64,000 nucleotides of DNA from Candidatus Micrarchaeia archaeon (lineage in GTDB: Archaea; Micrarchaeota; Micrarchaeia; CABMEP01), in the NCBI GenBank assembly GCA_038881595.1, contig JAVZPM010000001.1, positions 128,001 through 192,000 of the forward strand, given 5' to 3'. The position numbers and the translations under genes are program-made. This document shows, piece after piece, positions 18,724 through 27,595 of the stretch (the first letter of the stretch is position 1; the number at the start of each line of letters is the position of its first letter). The notes under the pieces were generated by a model, which had not been told where the DNA came from, searched no databases, and saw nothing but the letters and a program-made list of their open reading frames with translations.

Positions 18724-19911
18724 TTAAATTAACTTAGACAATCCTGCTATATCTATATCTCCACCAAGGAATGAAGAAAATTCCTTTATGAATACTAATA
18801 GTGAATAAATTGAAATTATAAATGGAACAAACATCCACATGGATAAGAAAGCCATATTATCTAGAAAACCGTTAGGAAGAATTGAACTAAAGAAAATATA
18901 AGATATAAAGTCAGTACTAACCTCCTGTCCTCCTATATTTCCTTTAATATTTACAATCATGTTGAATAAATTTATTGAAAATTGAGCAACTTTTTTCGCT
19001 GAATCGATTATATTTGTGTAGCTAGATTTGCTTGAAAGCCATTCAACCTGATTTTCTTGAATACCTGAATCTAAACTTGGAAGATGAGTGACAAATCCGC
19101 TATCATCAGATAAATATATTACATTAGAATTTGGATTTGGTGAAACAATTGAAAAAGAAAGCAATAGCAAGAAAGGATAAACAAAAAACGAACCAATTGC
19201 TATGCTTAATAATAAACCACCTACACCTCTTAATAAAGATATGGAACGAAGTGCTATCCCTGCAATCAAAAACATTGGAAATATTGCGACTGAAGTGAAT
19301 ATTAGGAAAAGTTGATTTACTTTTATTAGTATAAGTAGATTCGTTCCAAAAGTAATGAAGTTTTTATAGATATCTAATATGGGAGTTAATCCGGAAAAAG
19401 GAGAAACCTGAAAACCCAATAATTGCATCTTTAAAGATGAAATCACACTAAGCCAACCTATAGTACTAATCTTGTTTCCTAAATAGAAACGAATAATGTC
19501 ATAATATTGACCTAATAATGAATTAGCCACCTCTATATGACAATATCCTTGCTTACATTCTTTTTGAACATATTCGAATCTTACTCCGCTTTGCGATCTT
19601 ATTGATTCTGCAGTTATTTCTAATGTGTTAAATGTACAGCTATCACCACTGCATTGAAAATCTAGATTAGGTACAATTAAAGGAATTAGATTTAATGTGA
19701 TATTATTAATTATAGCTAGAAATATGAATAAAGACCCTACTATAAGAGCTGATGCAAAAACCTGATATATCTCATTTTGAGCCCATTTCTTAAAATTATC
19801 GTTGTCTAAGGCTCTTGCAACCATGTATATTAGAGAAATGAGTACAAGAGTAATAAATAAGATTAAAACTGCAATAGGAATCCACCATTCAAATAATATT
19901 TCAAACACCAT
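18724..19911 (-). CDS. Polytopic membrane protein, paralog 3
   Basis: SLIYMVA..FKKWAQNEIYQ, AGIALRSISLLRGVGG..FFVYP and C-terminal LGGDIDIAGLSKLI. Confidence 0.8.
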   Translation of the reverse strand: MVFEILFEWWIPIAVLILFITLVLISLIYMVARALDNDNFKKWAQNEIYQVFASALIVGSLFIFLAIINNITLNLIPLIVPNLDFQCSGDSCTFNTLEITAESIRSQSGVRFEYVQKECKQGYCHIEVANSLLGQYYDIIRFYLGNKISTIGWLSVISSLKMQLLGFQVSPFSGLTPILDIYKNFITFGTNLLILIKVNQLFLIFTSVAIFPMFLIAGIALRSISLLRGVGGLLLSIAIGSFFVYPFLLLLSFSIVSPNPNSNVIYLSDDSGFVTHLPSLDSGIQENQVEWLSSKSSYTNIIDSAKKVAQFSINLFNMIVNIKGNIGGQEVSTDFISYIFFSSILPNGFLDNMAFLSMWMFVPFIISIYSLLVFIKEFSSFLGGDIDIAGLSKLI

Positions 19912-19930
19912 TTAATCACATCAAATTATC

Positions 19931-20851
19931 TTATTTTATTTCGGAAAGAAACGTCGCGAATGAAGATATAAATGCGATTGTTATAGTAAGATTAAGTGCT
20001 GGAAGCACAAGTGCTTGAGGGAATAATAATGAAAATTCATCAAAATACTTAAATATATTGATGATGTCAGATGACAACTTAAATGTTTCAATTGGATTAA
20101 CTTGAACTGAAACTAGTTCATCAAAGCCAGGTTCGATTATCTTATATACAGAATAATTCATAACATACATAAGTGGAAATACAACATAAAGGCCGAATGC
20201 AAAAGCTATCAAATAAGAACCTCCTTTTCTTAACCCTGGAACTGCTCTTAAAATCATTCCTATTGGAAGTATTAAAGTCAAAGCAAACGCCTCTGCTAAC
20301 TGGATGAACACCATCTGTGCCTGTAAACTTCCTATTAATATTTGAAATATTCCTGTAAATATACCAAGCATCTTACTAAGTGGTTTCAATATGGCTGCTG
20401 GCTTGACCTTTACCTCTGCTTGTTCTAACAATTTAGAAGATTTACCTACTTTGAACTTGCTTTCAACAGAAGATATTGAATCCAAAATAAGAGAAGAAGT
20501 CCAAACTCTTTGTATGGCTGGTATTCCTTTCTTATAAATAAGTGTATTAAGGTAATCATATGATGCTGAAAATTGATCCCCATAACCTATTACATCTTTA
20601 ACTACATATGGAGTAACTTGACATACAATTGAAGAAAGGCCAGCGACACCTATTACTATTAAAAATGAAATGAAAAATTCTGAGAGTTCTTTCTTTGCCA
20701 AAGACTCGAGCTCACTTTTTGTAAGTATTCTTCCTAAAGCATAAAGAAAAGCGATCAATGAGATTGCAAGTGCTGACGCTGCCCCTATATATGTCCATAC
20801 ATCAAATACAGCTTGACAAGTACTTACAACCATTAAATCCCTCATACTCAA
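19931..20851 (-). CDS. Polytopic membrane protein, paralog 2 (minimal core version)
   Basis: AFLYALG..LESLAKKELSE, LPIGMILRAVPGLRKGGSYLI..LYVVFP and LPALNLTITI. Confidence 0.8.
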   Translation of the reverse strand: MSMRDLMVVSTCQAVFDVWTYIGAASALAISLIAFLYALGRILTKSELESLAKKELSEFFISFLIVIGVAGLSSIVCQVTPYVVKDVIGYGDQFSASYDYLNTLIYKKGIPAIQRVWTSSLILDSISSVESKFKVGKSSKLLEQAEVKVKPAAILKPLSKMLGIFTGIFQILIGSLQAQMVFIQLAEAFALTLILPIGMILRAVPGLRKGGSYLIAFAFGLYVVFPLMYVMNYSVYKIIEPGFDELVSVQVNPIETFKLSSDIINIFKYFDEFSLLFPQALVLPALNLTITIAFISSFATFLSEIK

Positions 20852-22518
20852 ATCAATCTACCTAATTCAATTATCTTTGTTTCTCCACCTAATGTCGTTG
20901 ATATAGATCTAAATGTAGAGATTGTCACAAATATAATTACTATAAAAACAAATATCGTAAATACATATGGGAATAGGATATTTGGAAGCACATCTGTTAA
21001 GCCATAAAATGCCATTCCTGCAGCATATGGAGTAGCAAGATAATTTGTTACAGTATAACCAGTTATCTGACTAACTGCTCTTGCTGCGCCTTCTATTCCT
21101 CCAATACTTGCAGTTACAGCTAGATTCAAATATGAAATGTCATTAATTGGTGATTCCCCTGCTGTTCCCTTTAACTTGCACCATAAACTCGACCACAAGT
21201 TTTCTTGACATGGATCTCCTAAATAAAATCTAACCTCTTCTGAAACAATTCTCACTTCACTCTCTCTTATTTGCTTAGTAACTAATATTATTGAATGAAC
21301 ATTATTGTTTGGAAATATGTTTTCATTATTTAATAAATATTCAATACTTCCAGATGAATTGATCTCTCCTTTCTGAATCTTTCTATAACACTTTGAAATC
21401 TCCATTGTTTCCTCTCTACATGGCTCATCTGGACCTGGACATAGTGGATAGGTTGTTTTTTCAGTAATTTTCCAATACATATAACCTTCTGGAGGAGGTT
21501 CTGGATTTTGAGAATTTCTTGATTCATAAATTAAACCTACTTCATTACATGAAACATCTCCCCAAATTGAGTAATTTAAAGGTGTGAAAACCTCCCAAAG
21601 AAATCTATCTGACTGATTTAAATAATATCTTCCTGCATCTGGTAAAAGCCTGAAGAATGGGATTGAAACTCTTTCAAGCCTATAATCTAATTGTCCTATA
21701 GACATTGCAGCTTTTGTATCCTCATACATCTTAGATGCAAATGCTAATGTCAATGGATATACTATAAATAATGTTAGTGACAATGCAATTAAAGTTGAGC
21801 CTGCTTTTCTAGTAAGTGGAAATGCACGAAGAAGAACCCCTGTTGGAAGGATAACTGGAAGCGCTGTATATTGTATGAAAAATAGAAGCTCCTTCTGTAC
21901 AAAGAATGCTAATAGGAATGGCACTAATCCAGATAGAATATTTGAAATAATGTCTGCGATCATGCTGAATGGTGCACCTAGACTTAATCCTAATTTAAGA
22001 CCTGTGACTGCTTTTGCAAGATTGGCTATTCCAAAACCACCAAGACCACCAAATATCGCACCAACTCCACCTGTCGTGAGTCCGACAATTGACCCGACCA
22101 TCGTTAGAAGCCAGGATAGTATTTTTGATAGATCTATCGAAAGTGTGCTTGCCCCAGTATAAACTATATTAAGTCCAAAAAGATAACTGTATGCATATGT
22201 CAGATCATCCTCAACCTTATCTAAAAAACTTTTTGCCAAAAAGAAAGGATCACTGCCTGCATAGGCGATTGTTATCGATGTAATTGTCATAAGCAATGGA
22301 ACTGTTAAAACTAAAATTAATGCAGTAACTATAAATTCACTTAATTCTTTTCTTGCCCATCCTTTCAATTCATTAGACTGGAACGCAGAAGAGAGCATCC
22401 AAGCCAAAGCACTTAAAGCTGCGGATAGAAGGAGTGCTATAATTGAAGTTGCAAACCAATCAGTGGTAAAAACCGTCCTTATTGATTGATCAATCATTTC
22501 CTGCAAAGTTATTACCAT
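20848..22518 (-). CDS. Polytopic membrane protein, paralog 1 (first gene of the array), with a large insertion
   Basis: ALAWMLS..LKGWARKELSE, LPTGVLLRAFPLTRKAGSTLI..FIVYP and C-terminal LGGETKIIELGRLI. Its stop overlaps the next start by 4 bp. Confidence 0.8.
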   Translation of the reverse strand: MVITLQEMIDQSIRTVFTTDWFATSIIALLLSAALSALAWMLSSAFQSNELKGWARKELSEFIVTALILVLTVPLLMTITSITIAYAGSDPFFLAKSFLDKVEDDLTYAYSYLFGLNIVYTGASTLSIDLSKILSWLLTMVGSIVGLTTGGVGAIFGGLGGFGIANLAKAVTGLKLGLSLGAPFSMIADIISNILSGLVPFLLAFFVQKELLFFIQYTALPVILPTGVLLRAFPLTRKAGSTLIALSLTLFIVYPLTLAFASKMYEDTKAAMSIGQLDYRLERVSIPFFRLLPDAGRYYLNQSDRFLWEVFTPLNYSIWGDVSCNEVGLIYESRNSQNPEPPPEGYMYWKITEKTTYPLCPGPDEPCREETMEISKCYRKIQKGEINSSGSIEYLLNNENIFPNNNVHSIILVTKQIRESEVRIVSEEVRFYLGDPCQENLWSSLWCKLKGTAGESPINDISYLNLAVTASIGGIEGAARAVSQITGYTVTNYLATPYAAGMAFYGLTDVLPNILFPYVFTIFVFIVIIFVTISTFRSISTTLGGETKIIELGRLI

Positions 22519-22668
22519 TATATCACATATTAAGTGCTATTGATAATTACATTTTATACATTAGTAAAATAGAATTAAATTAATTTCTATTTATATGTAA
22601 AAGTAGAAATAAACAGGATTGCGAGAAAGTATTAAAAATTAAATGGAATATTAAATTAAGGTGAACAT

Positions 22669-23109
22669 ATGGCTGGAATGTACAAAATAAAAAGAGATGT
22701 AAAAAAAGATGCAAAAAAAGAGGTTAGAAAAAGACTCGATATTCTGAAGTCAGTTCTCACATTAATTAAAGGAAAGATAACCCCTGCTGAATATACACAT
22801 GTGAAAAGATTGATGGCAGATGGAGTTGAAAGAGATGTGGTATTTGTACAAGGTTTATCAACAGGAATAGAATTAGCTGCATTAAATGCAGATGATATAA
22901 AGATTATAATAAAAATATTCAAGAATGCAAAGAATAGAGGAAAGGATGGTAAACCTATCTTTGAAGATAAAGAAATAAAAACAATTGATGAGATATTAGA
23001 ACATAGATTTCCTTTAATTACTAGAAGGAAAATGATTGCTATAATAAAAAGAGCAGATAATCTTCTCATTGATAGTTTAATAGGAACACTGGAAAAATTG
23101 GTTAAATAA
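22669..23109 (+). CDS. Hypothetical basic helical protein, divergent from the paralog array
   Basis: 146-aa ORF with an AAGGTGA RBS and no recognisable motif. Confidence 0.65.
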   Translation: MAGMYKIKRDVKKDAKKEVRKRLDILKSVLTLIKGKITPAEYTHVKRLMADGVERDVVFVQGLSTGIELAALNADDIKIIIKIFKNAKNRGKDGKPIFEDKEIKTIDEILEHRFPLITRRKMIAIIKRADNLLIDSLIGTLEKLVK

Positions 23110-23111
23110 TA

Positions 23112-24104
23112 TTATTTTATTTTTGAGAAATCAATAAATCTATTTTTTTCTGCTTCTTTATCTCTTGACAAAAGAACAACTCTGGAATCTTTGTGCTCAT
23201 CTGTTACTATATAACTTGTTTCTTTTGCTAATTTTTCTGCAAACTCTCTTATCTCTTCCATATACGGCATACCTGGCAAACCTATTCTTCTTCTTGAGAA
23301 CCCAACCGCCATGTATGCCTTTACCTCTACGTAATGAGGTTGTGCGATCTTTATCAATTCTGCATATTTTTCAGGATATTTTAGATTTAGTCCTTTTATT
23401 AAAGTCATCCTTATAACTGTTCTCGTATATTTTCCTGCCTCTTTTAACAATTTCAAAGATGTAAGATATCTATCCCATCCATCTTTATTCTTAGGTCTCA
23501 TAATCTTTTCAAAACTCTCCTTATCATATCCGCCCATTGAAAGATATAACTGTGTTGGGAAATATTTCTCATCAACCATTTTCTTAATTGCGCCCGGAAC
23601 GCTTCCTGCAGTTACAATAAAAGTACTCATTCCTCTTTTATGGAACTCAGAAAGAAGATCTTTTAACTTTGGATAGGATATGGGTTCACCAAGCACGCTT
23701 AATGCAACATGTTTAGGATTTTGTGCTTCTTTCCAAAGCTCTTTGTTTACATTATAGTGTCCTCCAATTCCAGAAAGCAGTTTTCGCTGTGCCTCAATCA
23801 TCTGATCTATTATCTCTTTAGGCTCATCCCATTTATCTATTTTATCTAAAGATATTGAATCTGTATCTGCTTCAACTTCGCTTGGTTGGGCCCTCCAGCA
23901 GAATATGCATTGATTAAAACAGAAAGGAGTGGTTGTACATTGCAAGCATTGATTGCTTCTTATTCCATAAAACTTATTCTTATAGCACCATTGATTTTTT
24001 GTCATTGAAGACTGGGTGTAATGGCATATCTTTACGAGTGAATGTGTTCCTGCAAATCTGTATTTCTGCTTTTTGAGTAACGACTTTAGTTTGTCTGAAA
24101 TCAT
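23112..24104 (-). CDS. taw1: 4-demethylwyosine synthase (radical SAM)
   Basis: HSLVKICHY, CYKNKFYGI, CxxxCxxC (CFNQCIFCWR), LSVLGEP and YVEVKAYM. Likely start is the ATG at 24104. Confidence 0.93.
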   Translation of the reverse strand: MISDKLKSLLKKQKYRFAGTHSLVKICHYTQSSMTKNQWCYKNKFYGIRSNQCLQCTTTPFCFNQCIFCWRAQPSEVEADTDSISLDKIDKWDEPKEIIDQMIEAQRKLLSGIGGHYNVNKELWKEAQNPKHVALSVLGEPISYPKLKDLLSEFHKRGMSTFIVTAGSVPGAIKKMVDEKYFPTQLYLSMGGYDKESFEKIMRPKNKDGWDRYLTSLKLLKEAGKYTRTVIRMTLIKGLNLKYPEKYAELIKIAQPHYVEVKAYMAVGFSRRRIGLPGMPYMEEIREFAEKLAKETSYIVTDEHKDSRVVLLSRDKEAEKNRFIDFSKIK

Positions 24105-24179
24105 AATAATCACTAGAATGAGCAAGAATAATAAGATTAGTGTATTCAAATTTAAATAATTATCTGCAGAAAAAGATGT

Positions 24180-24584
24180 ATGCATGAAATTATAATCAAA
24201 TCTGAAAGAAAAAATGAAATAATAAATATAACTAAAGAAGTAGAAGAAATTGTAAAGAAGGAATCAAAAGAAAAGAAGATAGATGAAGGAATTTGTCTTG
24301 TTTATGTCCCACATGCAACTGCAGCATTAACCATCAATGAAAATTGGGATCCTTCTGTATGTGATGATTTTATTGATTTTTTATCTAAAATCATCCCAGA
24401 AGGAAAGTGGAGACATGATAAAGTAGATGGAAATGGGGCTGCACATATAAAATCTGCAATTATAGGTCCTAGTGTTACTATACCTTTCAAAAATGGTAAA
24501 CTTCTTTTAGGAACATGGCAGGGTATAATGCTGTGTGAATTTGATGGACCTAGAGAAAGAAAAGTTATAGTACTCTGCAAATAA
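24180..24584 (+). CDS. yjbQ: YjbQ/UPF0047 family protein
   Basis: HATAALTINE, DGNGAAHIKS and LGTWQGI..EFDGPRER. Confidence 0.92.
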   Translation: MHEIIIKSERKNEIINITKEVEEIVKKESKEKKIDEGICLVYVPHATAALTINENWDPSVCDDFIDFLSKIIPEGKWRHDKVDGNGAAHIKSAIIGPSVTIPFKNGKLLLGTWQGIMLCEFDGPRERKVIVLCK

Positions 24585-24593
24585 TTTATAGAA

Positions 24594-25067
24594 TTATGAT
24601 TTTATTCTCTCTTTAAGTATTTTATATGCTTTTCTAAGCAGGTTCTTGTTTGTATCGTGAGTAAGAAGTCTTAATGCTTCTTTATAGCTTACCCACCTGT
24701 ATTCATCGTGTTCAAGGACGGCGTTTCCTTTTATAGATACAGGGCCGTTATATTCAACCAAAAAGGATTGAAATTCCATTTTTGTATATTTGTATTTTTT
24801 AACATAATCTTTTGGTGTCTTAAATTCAAGCTTAAAGGGTAATGGAATTATAGTTCCTAACTTCTTCTGATCTGCATGAATCTCTTCTCTTAATTCTCTC
24901 ATTAGATTATGCATTGGTCTTTCTCTTCCAATTCTTCCCCCTTTCAGCATTTCCCATCCATTCCATCTTTTAATTCTATGAAGAAGCAAAAATTCTGGTT
25001 CTTTGTCTTTCAGTCTGAAAACTATAGCGCTTATTCCTTTTCTTATTTTTTCCTTACTCTCAACCAT
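24594..25067 (-). CDS. NUDIX hydrolase
   Basis: Nudix box GGRIGRERPMHNLMRELREE and EHDEYRWV motif. Confidence 0.88.
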   Translation of the reverse strand: MVESKEKIRKGISAIVFRLKDKEPEFLLLHRIKRWNGWEMLKGGRIGRERPMHNLMRELREEIHADQKKLGTIIPLPFKLEFKTPKDYVKKYKYTKMEFQSFLVEYNGPVSIKGNAVLEHDEYRWVSYKEALRLLTHDTNKNLLRKAYKILKERIKS

Positions 25068-25118
25068 AAATAAAGTATTAAAAGAATCTTATTTAAACCT
25101 AACTTGATATAATTACTT

Positions 25119-26264
25119 ATGCCAATAACTATTTTCCTTGAAGATGGAAAGTTTAAAGTAAAAAATCCTGAAGACTATGAAGCATTAAGAAGATCTTATT
25201 ACGGGGAAAAGGGTAAAGGAGAAATAATTATAACACCAGAAGAAGCAATGTATCTAATAGAGGTTAGAAATGCTGTTTGCATAGAGAATGGAAAGGAAAT
25301 CAGTTTCTCGCAGATAGCAGATAGGTTCAACAAAGAAAAGATGTTTGCAGAATACATGACATTCCGTGATTGGAGAGAAAGGGGACTAATCATTAAAAAA
25401 TACAAGAAAGAAGGCAAATATGAGAAAAATCCCACTGTAAAATATCCAAGCAAGGAAACAAAATTCCCAAAAATTCAGGCTGAAGCAATATTCTTCAAAG
25501 ACGATAAAATGGCAATATTGGAAAATGAAGAGATTGGGAAAGAGCTCTATAATAATTACTGGATAGGGCAGTATGGTTCATACAAAGCAGAAGGAAGAGG
25601 AAAGTTTCTAAAGTTAGACAAGTTTGAGACATATTTCCTTGTTAAGAATTGTGGACTGAAGCTGATTAATTTAACTGAAAAGGAATTGGAAAAAATATTG
25701 AAGGAAGAAAATGATTTCGAATCAATGTATAACGTTTATGAAGATTGGAGAATGAATGGATTTGTAGTTAAGACAGGATTCAAGTTCGGAACTCATTTTA
25801 GGATATATTTCCCTGGTGCATTACCGGGAAAAGGGAAAGATTGGACTCATTCAAAGCATGTTCTCCATGTATTTCCAAGAGAAAAAAGAATGATAATTGC
25901 TGAGTGGGCAAGGGCAATAAGAGTTGCACATGGAGTAAGAAAAACCTTCATACTTGCAATACCTGGAAAGAAAACAAAATTAGAAAAAGGAATGATAAGT
26001 TTCTTATTATACCATAGAAAGAATAATAATATTGAAACACCTGAAAAAGATAGTCCCTCCTTTGCGCTTGTACCTCTTAGCGAGGATGAAATGATCGGAG
26101 GGAATGAACTCGCATCTGCGATAGAAGAAGCAAAGGAGATTGGATTAGATGTCATGCTTGGAATAGTAGATAGAGAAACTTCTGTCACCTATTATAGAGT
26201 TAAAAGAATTAACTTGCCTAAAAGCAAGTATGAATACTATGAAATAGAATGGGTACAGCCATAA
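25119..26264 (+). CDS. endA: tRNA-splicing endonuclease, single-chain multi-unit (epsilon2-like)
   Basis: EEAMYL, YEDWRMNGFVVKTGFKFGTHFRIY, HSKH and RVAHGVRK catalytic motifs, and C-terminal DRETSVTYY, in a 381-aa chain. Confidence 0.88.
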   Translation: MPITIFLEDGKFKVKNPEDYEALRRSYYGEKGKGEIIITPEEAMYLIEVRNAVCIENGKEISFSQIADRFNKEKMFAEYMTFRDWRERGLIIKKYKKEGKYEKNPTVKYPSKETKFPKIQAEAIFFKDDKMAILENEEIGKELYNNYWIGQYGSYKAEGRGKFLKLDKFETYFLVKNCGLKLINLTEKELEKILKEENDFESMYNVYEDWRMNGFVVKTGFKFGTHFRIYFPGALPGKGKDWTHSKHVLHVFPREKRMIIAEWARAIRVAHGVRKTFILAIPGKKTKLEKGMISFLLYHRKNNNIETPEKDSPSFALVPLSEDEMIGGNELASAIEEAKEIGLDVMLGIVDRETSVTYYRVKRINLPKSKYEYYEIEWVQP

Positions 26265-26283
26265 ATTAATATTAAGTGATAAG

Positions 26284-27591
26284 ATGAACATTGGAGAAGG
26301 AATAAGAAAAGCACTTGCAAAGATAACTGGAAAAGCGATAATAGATGAGAGTGCTGTCAAGTCAATGATAAAAGAGATACAAAGAGCGCTTATACTTTCA
26401 GATGTGAATATAGAGTTAGTGTACAAGCTTTCAAAGCAGATAGAAAATCGTTCTCTTCATGAAAAACCTCCTGCTGGAAGAAGCATGAGCGAACACATCC
26501 ATGCAATTGTTTACGAAGAACTTACAAAGATTATGGGGGAAGGAAGAAAGCTCGAACTAAAACCTCAAAAGATAATGATGTGTGGATTGTTCGGGTCGGG
26601 AAAAACTACGCAGATAGGAAAGGTTGCTTATTATTTGAAGCAGAGAGGAATGAGTGTTGGTGTGATTGCTGCAGATATGATGAGACCTGCGGCATATGAA
26701 CAGCTTGAACAGCTTTCAAAGCAGGTAGGCTGCAACTTTTATGGAAGAAAGGGGGAAGGTGTCAAGGCTAAGGATGTTGTCAAAGAAGGCCTAGAAAAGC
26801 TAAAGAATGATGTTATAATAATAGATACATCTGGAAGAGATGCGCTTGATGACGAATTAATAGCTGAATTAAGAGAAATAAATGAAATTGCAAAACCTGA
26901 TGAGAGGATACTTGTAATATCTGCTGACATAGGACAGGTTGCAAAGAAACAGGCTGAAGAATTCAATAATGCAGTTGGACTAACTGGAGTTATAATAACA
27001 AAAATGGATGGAAGCGGAAAGGGTGGTGGAGCGCTTACAGCGTGCGCAACTGCTGGCGTGAAAGTTATATTCATAGGTGTGGGAGAAAAAATAGGAGACA
27101 TAGAGGAATTCAACCCATCTAAATTTGTAGGAAGGCTTTTAGGTGTGCCTGACTTCGAGGCTTTGATTGAAAAAATTAAAGCTGCAGTACCTGAAGGCAT
27201 GGAAGAAATTCCAGAAGAATTTACTATTGAAACTTTCTACAAGCAATTAAAAGCTGCAAGAAATATGGGGCCTTTAAAAGGACTATTTGAGACGATAGGG
27301 ATAGTTAATGTACCTAAAGAAGTTCTTGAACAGGGAGAGCAAAAAATGAACCAATATGAATCAATTATAGATTCAATGACCAAAGCTGAAAGGAAGAATC
27401 CAGATCTAGTTAGAAAAAGTCCTTCAAGAATAGAAAGAATTTCAAAAGGTTCAGGTGTACCTGCTTCTGTTGTAAAGGAATTTATAACACAATTTGGCAA
27501 GATGAAAAAAATGTATGAACAGTTACAGAAGAATAAAGGTATGCAAAGAAACCTACAAAGACTATTCAAAGAAAAAGGATTCGGTTTCTAA
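26284..27591 (+). CDS. srp54: Signal recognition particle protein SRP54
   Basis: GLFGSGKTT, DTSGR, TKMDGSGKGGG and M-domain IIDSMT..SRIERISKGSG. Confidence 0.97.
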   Translation: MNIGEGIRKALAKITGKAIIDESAVKSMIKEIQRALILSDVNIELVYKLSKQIENRSLHEKPPAGRSMSEHIHAIVYEELTKIMGEGRKLELKPQKIMMCGLFGSGKTTQIGKVAYYLKQRGMSVGVIAADMMRPAAYEQLEQLSKQVGCNFYGRKGEGVKAKDVVKEGLEKLKNDVIIIDTSGRDALDDELIAELREINEIAKPDERILVISADIGQVAKKQAEEFNNAVGLTGVIITKMDGSGKGGGALTACATAGVKVIFIGVGEKIGDIEEFNPSKFVGRLLGVPDFEALIEKIKAAVPEGMEEIPEEFTIETFYKQLKAARNMGPLKGLFETIGIVNVPKEVLEQGEQKMNQYESIIDSMTKAERKNPDLVRKSPSRIERISKGSGVPASVVKEFITQFGKMKKMYEQLQKNKGMQRNLQRLFKEKGFGF

Positions 27592-27595
27592 TTAA

